Notes under the pieces: model-generated
What the model was told of the DNA's origin: nothing
The model's input: only the letters and a program-made list of their open reading frames with translations
Databases searched by the model: none
Translations under genes and position numbers: made by a program
Virus record (IMG/VR): IMGVR_UViG_3300030708_003285
Location: 1-39,737 of that record
Strand: one strand, 5' to 3'
DNA length: 39,737 bases
Source of the DNA: a virus
Taxonomy: Duplodnaviria > Caudoviricetes
Shown: one piece after another, positions 34,405 to 39,737 of the stretch
Numbering within the stretch: position 1 is the stretch's first letter
Layout of the letters: each line of letters starts with the position of its first letter

Positions 34405-34848
34405 ATGGCTCTGACTCTACGATACGTCGGTGCGCGTCCATACACTGAGTTCCTTGTTTATGGAGTCCCATACGGGTTCTCAAGAGGTATGGAGCGAACC
34501 GATATCCCAGACGCATGGATCGAAGAACACATACGCCCCTCGATAGAGGCGGGTGTGACGATGTGGGAGATCGTTGATGCGGGTGCAAAGGAAAAGACCG
34601 AGAAGATGAAGCAAGCAGTGGAAGAAGCGGCTCCGGCCCCCTCTCCAGCCCCTGAGGTTGTTGAGGAGCCAGAGCCCGTTGCCGAGCCTGCTGCTGAACC
34701 AGAAACTTCAGACGATGGCGGATTTGATCAATCAATGACTCGCGCTCAGATGATGACATGGTGTTCCGAGAGAGGACTACCTGTCAGCAACACTGACACG
34801 AAGGCATCACTGACTGAGAAAGCCACGGCGTATCTCAGCGGTGCTTGA
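34405..34848 (+). CDS. Small protein with Pro/Glu linker and C-terminal HeH/SAP-like domain
   Basis: MTRAQMMTWCSERGLPVSNTDTKASL fits a helix-extension-helix pattern. Confidence 0.6.
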   Translation: MALTLRYVGARPYTEFLVYGVPYGFSRGMERTDIPDAWIEEHIRPSIEAGVTMWEIVDAGAKEKTEKMKQAVEEAAPAPSPAPEVVEEPEPVAEPAAEPETSDDGGFDQSMTRAQMMTWCSERGLPVSNTDTKASLTEKATAYLSGA

Positions 34849-34850
34849 TC

Positions 34851-35387
34851 ATGGCAGACAACTACACTGACTACATTGACGGCGATGGACGCTACGCAAG
34901 TCGCGTCCGCGTGAACCGCAAGGTCATTGAGTTCGACGGTCTAGCAAGTGCTAACAACGAATCCAAGACAGTGTTCTTGAATGGGAAGATCGGGAGGATC
35001 ATCATAGATCCAAGCCGATGCACATCCACAAGCACCACTGCCACATCAGGTTCACTGGAGATACTCATGGACATCGAGGACGCAGCGGGTAATCAATACC
35101 CATACTGCGATAGTCTGGAAGATCTTGACTTCAGAGATGCAAGCAATACACCTCTGCATTTCCAAACCTCGGAGGGCGGCAACATGAACGCAGATGGAGG
35201 GGCCACAAGCGGATTGCACTTCACAGTCACCGCTCCAGCCAGTTCAAAGGCAGGGACAGTCACCATCGATGAGCCTGCTGCATGGAACGGGCTTGTCTGT
35301 GGACAGGTCACTTTCAAGGTCGCAACGTCTGCCGGGACATTCGACTCGGACACGGGATCTCTAAGGCTCACAGTGCTGTTTGAGTAA
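34851..35387 (+). CDS. Beta-rich putative virion protein
   Basis: Thr/Ser/Gly-rich ORF in the structural module; likely start ATG 34851. Confidence 0.6.
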   Translation: MADNYTDYIDGDGRYASRVRVNRKVIEFDGLASANNESKTVFLNGKIGRIIIDPSRCTSTSTTATSGSLEILMDIEDAAGNQYPYCDSLEDLDFRDASNTPLHFQTSEGGNMNADGGATSGLHFTVTAPASSKAGTVTIDEPAAWNGLVCGQVTFKVATSAGTFDSDTGSLRLTVLFE

Positions 35388-35397
35388 AAAAAATCCG

Positions 35398-35415
35398 AAT
35401 CCGTTATAATGGATT
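35398..35415 (+). promoter_or_regulatory. TATA box inside a near-perfect palindrome (AATCCgTTATAAtGGATT)
   Basis: TTATAA at 35404-35409 lies 26-31 nt before ATG 35435; A-rich run upstream. Confidence 0.55.
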
Positions 35416-35434
35416 GCAGATAGTGTGATTGACA

Positions 35435-35746
35435 ATGGCCCTTACTGTCGAACAACTTGGACGAACAAATGTGACGGGAAACCGATTGACCGTCGCACTG
35501 AAAATAACCTTTGATGATTCCTATCCTACTGGTGGAGAGGCTCTTGATTTGACGACATACGTCAACAACATCGAGACTGTGATGGTTGAAACCAGCGGCG
35601 GCTTCGTCTTTGGCTATGATCGAACAAACAAGAAACTCAAAGCGTTTGAAGCAGGGGCAGATGGAGACGCATTGGATGAGGTTGACAACGCAACTGATCT
35701 CTCCACAACAGTCACATTCATCTCAGTCACTGGTGGAAGGGCCTGA
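35435..35746 (+). CDS. Small putative virion protein
   Basis: MALTVEQ...ITFDDSYPTGGEAL; composition of a structural beta protein. Confidence 0.65.
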   Translation: MALTVEQLGRTNVTGNRLTVALKITFDDSYPTGGEALDLTTYVNNIETVMVETSGGFVFGYDRTNKKLKAFEAGADGDALDEVDNATDLSTTVTFISVTGGRA

Positions 35747-35759
35747 AGGGGGCTTTCCC

Positions 35760-36071
35760 TTGGGGCTTGAACTAGGCGACATCTGCTTTGAAGAAGCACA
35801 CGAAATAGAACGCAGGCGGAAGGTCCGCCTCGCTGAGATCGCTGGCAACGACGGTGGATTCGTCGCAGAGGACCAATCGCCATTCAGCGCCAACAACATG
35901 AAGAACGCACAGAACATCAAGATGAAGGTTTCAGGAAAGCAAAGATTCGATATACAGAACATAGGTGCAGGGACAAGGTGCATGTCATGCGGACTACTAC
36001 ATTTCTGCTGGGCCCCCAAATGCGCTGGGTGCGGTGGGCCGATTGATTACAACTTAGGGAGGCATGGATAA
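35760..36071 (+). CDS. Zinc-ribbon protein
   Basis: Likely TTG start 35760; CMSCG...CAGCG at the C-terminus. Confidence 0.6.
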   Translation: MGLELGDICFEEAHEIERRRKVRLAEIAGNDGGFVAEDQSPFSANNMKNAQNIKMKVSGKQRFDIQNIGAGTRCMSCGLLHFCWAPKCAGCGGPIDYNLGRHG

Positions 36072-36244
36072 TGACAGAAGAAATAGATGAAATATGGGAA
36101 GACATAGTGAAATCCGTTTATTGCACAGTATGCGATTATTACGAGCATCAGACCAATGGCGAGTGTCCAAAGATGAATCACTCGATGAGAGCATGTCCTG
36201 CCAGAAGGGCAGCAGATAAGATGCGAAGAAAAATAAGAATGTAA
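36071..36244 (+). CDS. 57-aa Cys-containing microprotein missing from the ORF track
   Basis: MTEEIDEIWEDIVKSVYCTVC...ECP...ACP...; GGAGG SD; TAATG overlap with the upstream stop. Confidence 0.6.
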   Translation: MTEEIDEIWEDIVKSVYCTVCDYYEHQTNGECPKMNHSMRACPARRAADKMRRKIRM

Positions 36245-36275
36245 GTTTCAATGAGATGATGGAGGATGATGTGTT

Positions 36276-37868
36276 ATGCCGCGAGTATTCAATCCCGGTC
36301 ATCGTCCTAGTCAGCCTCTCTATCCTGACGAACTCGTATATACGACGGTTTCCAAGATAGAGCAATTCTTGCAACTGCCTCTTCCAGAGAGGACTCCCCT
36401 TGCAGGAGACACATCTGTGTCTGGATCAAACATACTCATGCCCGTGGCAGGAGCGGATTACAGGAGATGGGGATACGCCAGCGGTGATTCCATATTGGTC
36501 TATGATGACAATGATGCTGTTGGCAGCACATTGACATTGACGGGTGTGTCATCATCTGGAAGCAGCGGTGTCGTGAACCTGATTGCCGCTGACCCCGGAA
36601 CAGCATACCAATCAGCATCAAACAGGAATGGATACATCCAGCCTCAGTCTGCATTGAGCAACAGCAAGGAGCGAGGGATAACGAAATCCCATGTTGAGCA
36701 TCTCATCAAGGTGAAGCAGGACTACATCGACACACTCACAAGAATGGCGTGGAGGCCGAGGATAAAGGTCGATGAGTATCAGAACTTCACCACGTTTAAG
36801 CCGTATCGAAGGAGATACTACACCGATTACGTCGGTGCTGTATATCTCAACAACAGGGCTGTCCAGAGAGTATTGAGATTGAGTGTATGGCAAGGTGACT
36901 ATTACCGGGAGTTGGCAGCGGCCAGAATCAAGTTCACGATAACAGATCCACACAGATTCGCAGGGACAGAGAAGATATTCTTGTGCCCGAATGTCGCTCA
37001 TGTAGCCACATTGCAAACAGGATCAACATCTACAACATGGTCAAAGGACTTCGGTCCCAAGACAATAGCGCAGGAGATATCAAACCTCATCAACACCGAT
37101 CTGGAGGCAGGCAAGGCAGTCATACAGATAGGGTCCTTGACAGAGAGTGGAAGCAACCTAAATGTCAACAATGAGTTTCTAGCCAGTGCTAACAGTGATG
37201 ACGGAGATGGCGTCGTCTGTCTGAGCAGCATGAGGTCCACAGATGAAGGAGAGGACACGACAATAGCATTCACCAATTCCCATTGCTTTGCCACATCCCA
37301 TGGGACGGACGTGCAAGCGACCATCTCATCCGTGAACGGATCAACATTCGTCCTAGACGATGCATCTGCCTTTGTCCAAGGACACGGCTTGTATTTCATA
37401 GAGGGCAATGGAGATGTAATTCATGTTGCACGATGCTCAAGGAGTGACAACACAATCACGGTTCAAGCAGACTTGACATCATCTTTCGCAAACGCACTCA
37501 GTGTGAGTGGCACTGTCAAGCAGCACAAGTTCTCCTCTGACGCAACAGAGGAGCAGCGGCAGAAAGATTGGTGGTCGATGGAGGACAATGGTGCGATACT
37601 ATTCAACAACCAGTATCCCTTCTTTGAGAATCACAGCCTGAAGATATCATACGTCTATGGCGAGAGGTATCTCGACAAGGCGATAGAAGACGCTTGTACC
37701 AAACTTGTCGCAATGGACATCATGCTGACTGATGACTACACCGCTCTTTTCCCAGAGGGTACGAGCAACATAGACATCAGCGCAAAGGTCCAGAGGATGG
37801 AGTCTGAGATCAAGCAACTTCTAACTCCATATCAAGAAACCATAGTAGTCGCAGGGATGGGTGGTTAA
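36276..37868 (+). CDS. Head-tail adaptor (SPP1 gp15/HK97 gp6-like) with large insertions
   Basis: N-terminal YTTVSKIEQFL and LIKVKQDYIDTLT, C-terminal ISYVYG..IEDACTKLVAMD adaptor-like segments; position after head genes. Confidence 0.6.
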   Translation: MPRVFNPGHRPSQPLYPDELVYTTVSKIEQFLQLPLPERTPLAGDTSVSGSNILMPVAGADYRRWGYASGDSILVYDDNDAVGSTLTLTGVSSSGSSGVVNLIAADPGTAYQSASNRNGYIQPQSALSNSKERGITKSHVEHLIKVKQDYIDTLTRMAWRPRIKVDEYQNFTTFKPYRRRYYTDYVGAVYLNNRAVQRVLRLSVWQGDYYRELAAARIKFTITDPHRFAGTEKIFLCPNVAHVATLQTGSTSTTWSKDFGPKTIAQEISNLINTDLEAGKAVIQIGSLTESGSNLNVNNEFLASANSDDGDGVVCLSSMRSTDEGEDTTIAFTNSHCFATSHGTDVQATISSVNGSTFVLDDASAFVQGHGLYFIEGNGDVIHVARCSRSDNTITVQADLTSSFANALSVSGTVKQHKFSSDATEEQRQKDWWSMEDNGAILFNNQYPFFENHSLKISYVYGERYLDKAIEDACTKLVAMDIMLTDDYTALFPEGTSNIDISAKVQRMESEIKQLLTPYQETIVVAGMGG

Positions 37869-37871
37869 TCT

Positions 37872-38138
37872 GTGGATGACCGATTTATAGACCATACTAA
37901 AGAACTCAAGAAGGCCTTTGACGATGAGGCAAAAGCCATACGAGAACTCGTTGCAAAAGAGCCTGCATACAGAATGAAGATAAAGAATGCAGAGATGGCT
38001 ATGAACGAGGCGGACGGCTCGCCTTTCTCAGAAAAAGAGATAGAGCGCAACGTGGAGATGATCATGGAGAACAACCCATATCGGGTGGCATACAAAATGG
38101 CGAAGAAGAAGAGGGAGGAGGTGATGACCAGTGGCTGA
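37872..38138 (+). CDS. Small helical hypothetical protein
   Basis: 88-aa ORF packed between adaptor and tail gene. Confidence 0.6.
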   Translation: MDDRFIDHTKELKKAFDDEAKAIRELVAKEPAYRMKIKNAEMAMNEADGSPFSEKEIERNVEMIMENNPYRVAYKMAKKKREEVMTSG

Positions 38139-39737
38139 CGCAATTGCATCATTGGTTGACATCCTCCAATCCAATTGGAACAAGCCTCCCCAACCGAGCA
38201 TAGAGGACATCGCTGATCTCGACAAGGGAGACGCCAAGAGAGTCAGGATGCTCGACAAGGATGTAATCAGGATATTTGAAACGGCTCACAACGAGGCACA
38301 GCCAGAGTTGCTCTATGACTTCGTGAATCAGCACGTCAACCTGACCATAGACATCAGGAGCGTCAAGACGAGGGAGAGGCTGTCTGAACTCAGGGACGAG
38401 ACAAGGAGAATCCTCCATGCCTTCAGGAAGGGGGACGGCGTCAACTTCGACAGGATCATCTTCAAGACAAGGACCGACCTCTCTGACAGGTCCAAGAAAC
38501 TCTTCAGATACACGCTTCAGTGCGAGGTCGTCACATTCACCCTCGATGCCACAGGAGATGGAGGGGCTGTCGTCAACCCTGCGACAGGGGCAGTCACCGT
38601 CGGCCAGTCTCAGGCATACGACACGGACCTATCTGCATTGGCCTCCCTATCCCATTCCGATGGCGCATTCATAGTCAGCGATGGATCAACATGGGTCGCA
38701 GAGTCCGGTGCGACAGCGAGGACATCATTAGGGCTTGGAAGCCTAGCCACTGAGTCAACCATCGACACCACCGACATAGCCGACTCTGCTCTCATCACAT
38801 CATCGGAGTCCTTTGCTGACTCGGACACGGCCATCATGACGGCTGCTGCCATCGAGGACAAGATTCTGTCATATGGATACGCTACCGAAACTGGCGACAT
38901 AACAGGGGTGACTGCCGGAACGGGACTCACAGGAGGAGGCAGTTCGGGCTCAGTGACACTCACATTAGATCTCAAAGACGAGGACGACTTTGCATCAAAC
39001 TCCGCCAGTCATGCAGCATCTCAACAATCGATCAAGGCATATGTCGATACGTCTGTCAGCAATCTCGTTAATGGCGCTCCGATTCTCCTCGACACGTTGA
39101 ACGAATTGGCTGCTGCCATAGGCGACGACCCAAGTTTCACCACCACCATAACAACGAGCATAGGGACCAAATTGGCCAAGGCCAGCAACCTATCCGATCT
39201 AACCAGCGCGTCCACAGCGAGGACCAACCTAGGCCTTGGAGCCCTCGCCACTCAATCCCTTGCCAACGGCGGCGATAACAGAATCATAACAAGCACGTCT
39301 TCTTCCACACTGAATGCAGAGGCCACGCTCACATACGATGGGGCCAAGTTGGAGATAAACAATGGAGCAGGCGAAGTCATAGGCATAGGAGGAGGCGGGA
39401 CAGGATACCAGTCGATAGAGATAGGCGGCGACACTGGTGCATTCATAGATCTCAAGTCTCCAGCCTCAGATGACTATGATCTGAGGATAATATCCACAGG
39501 ATCAGGTGGAACCATACAGACATCCTCTCCCTTGACACTCTCAACCGGATCCGGCAACAGTGACATCACATTGTCCCCTCACGGAACTGGAAACGTCCAA
39601 GTCAATGCTGACATAGTGATCACAGGTGACGTATCTGTATCTGGAGGATACGGGTTAGCAGCATCCGACATCCCCAACTTGGCTACGAGCAAGATAACCA
39701 GTGGGACCTTTGCAGATGCTAGGATTGCGGCTTCAAA
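38131..39737 (+). CDS. Tail-terminator/completion-like domain fused to tail-fibre repeats (partial; runs off the window; absent from the ORF track)
   Basis: GGAGGTGA SD then GTG 38131; frame stays open to the end. About 140-aa alpha/beta N-domain (ILQSNW...LTIDIRS...RRIL...FRYTLQCEV), then ARTSLGLG, GDITGVTAGTGLTGGG, SIKAYVD, LDTLNELAAAIGDDP and ARTNLGLG fibre motifs. Confidence 0.8.
   Translation, partial: MADAIASLVDILQSNWNKPPQPSIEDIADLDKGDAKRVRMLDKDVIRIFETAHNEAQPELLYDFVNQHVNLTIDIRSVKTRERLSELRDETRRILHAFRKGDGVNFDRIIFKTRTDLSDRSKKLFRYTLQCEVVTFTLDATGDGGAVVNPATGAVTVGQSQAYDTDLSALASLSHSDGAFIVSDGSTWVAESGATARTSLGLGSLATESTIDTTDIADSALITSSESFADSDTAIMTAAAIEDKILSYGYATETGDITGVTAGTGLTGGGSSGSVTLTLDLKDEDDFASNSASHAASQQSIKAYVDTSVSNLVNGAPILLDTLNELAAAIGDDPSFTTTITTSIGTKLAKASNLSDLTSASTARTNLGLGALATQSLANGGDNRIITSTSSSTLNAEATLTYDGAKLEINNGAGEVIGIGGGGTGYQSIEIGGDTGAFIDLKSPASDDYDLRIISTGSGGTIQTSSPLTLSTGSGNSDITLSPHGTGNVQVNADIVITGDVSVSGGYGLAASDIPNLATSKITSGTFADARIAAS

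Noticed and set aside
153-39455. Numerous minus-strand and alternative-frame ORFs in the supplied track
   Set aside because: They are shadows of longer + strand genes, with no motifs or SD sites; the + strand set tiles the window almost without gaps.

Overview
A 39.7-kb segment of a tailed (HK97-type) dsDNA virus genome with essentially all genes on the + strand. GGTGA/GGAGG ribosome-binding sites, TATA-like boxes about 25-30 nt ahead of apparently leaderless starts, and the look of the capsid protein point to an archaeal host. A magrovirus-like virus of Marine Group II/Poseidoniales is my best guess; this is inference and no search was run. The right half is the morphogenesis module: terminase large subunit, a LAGLIDADG-like protein, portal, a large protein with a ligase-like domain, prohead protease/scaffold, major capsid protein, small virion proteins, head-tail adaptor, and a tail-terminator/fibre fusion running off the end. 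The left half holds HMG-CoA lyase, a Gp88-like protein and a membrane module built around an Arf/Rab-like small GTPase. The main signal is that at least 13 otherwise unrelated proteins carry a shared leader of about 12 aa, M-(T/S)-A-F-D-x-A-W-x-(I/L/V)-x-K (N-terminal in 12, internal in one). Ten are in a tandem array at 73-6530, and their cargo domains resemble ADP-ribosyltransferases, HEXXH peptidases, a kinase and Zn-ribbons. The leader ends in the same hydrophobic-x-K-(S/A) pattern that recurs at domain boundaries of the capsid, protease, portal and other head-module proteins. I infer a capsid-targeting and protease-cleavage signal that loads a swappable set of effector proteins into the virion, analogous to the T4 capsid targeting sequence. 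No tRNA, rRNA or CRISPR array was recognised.
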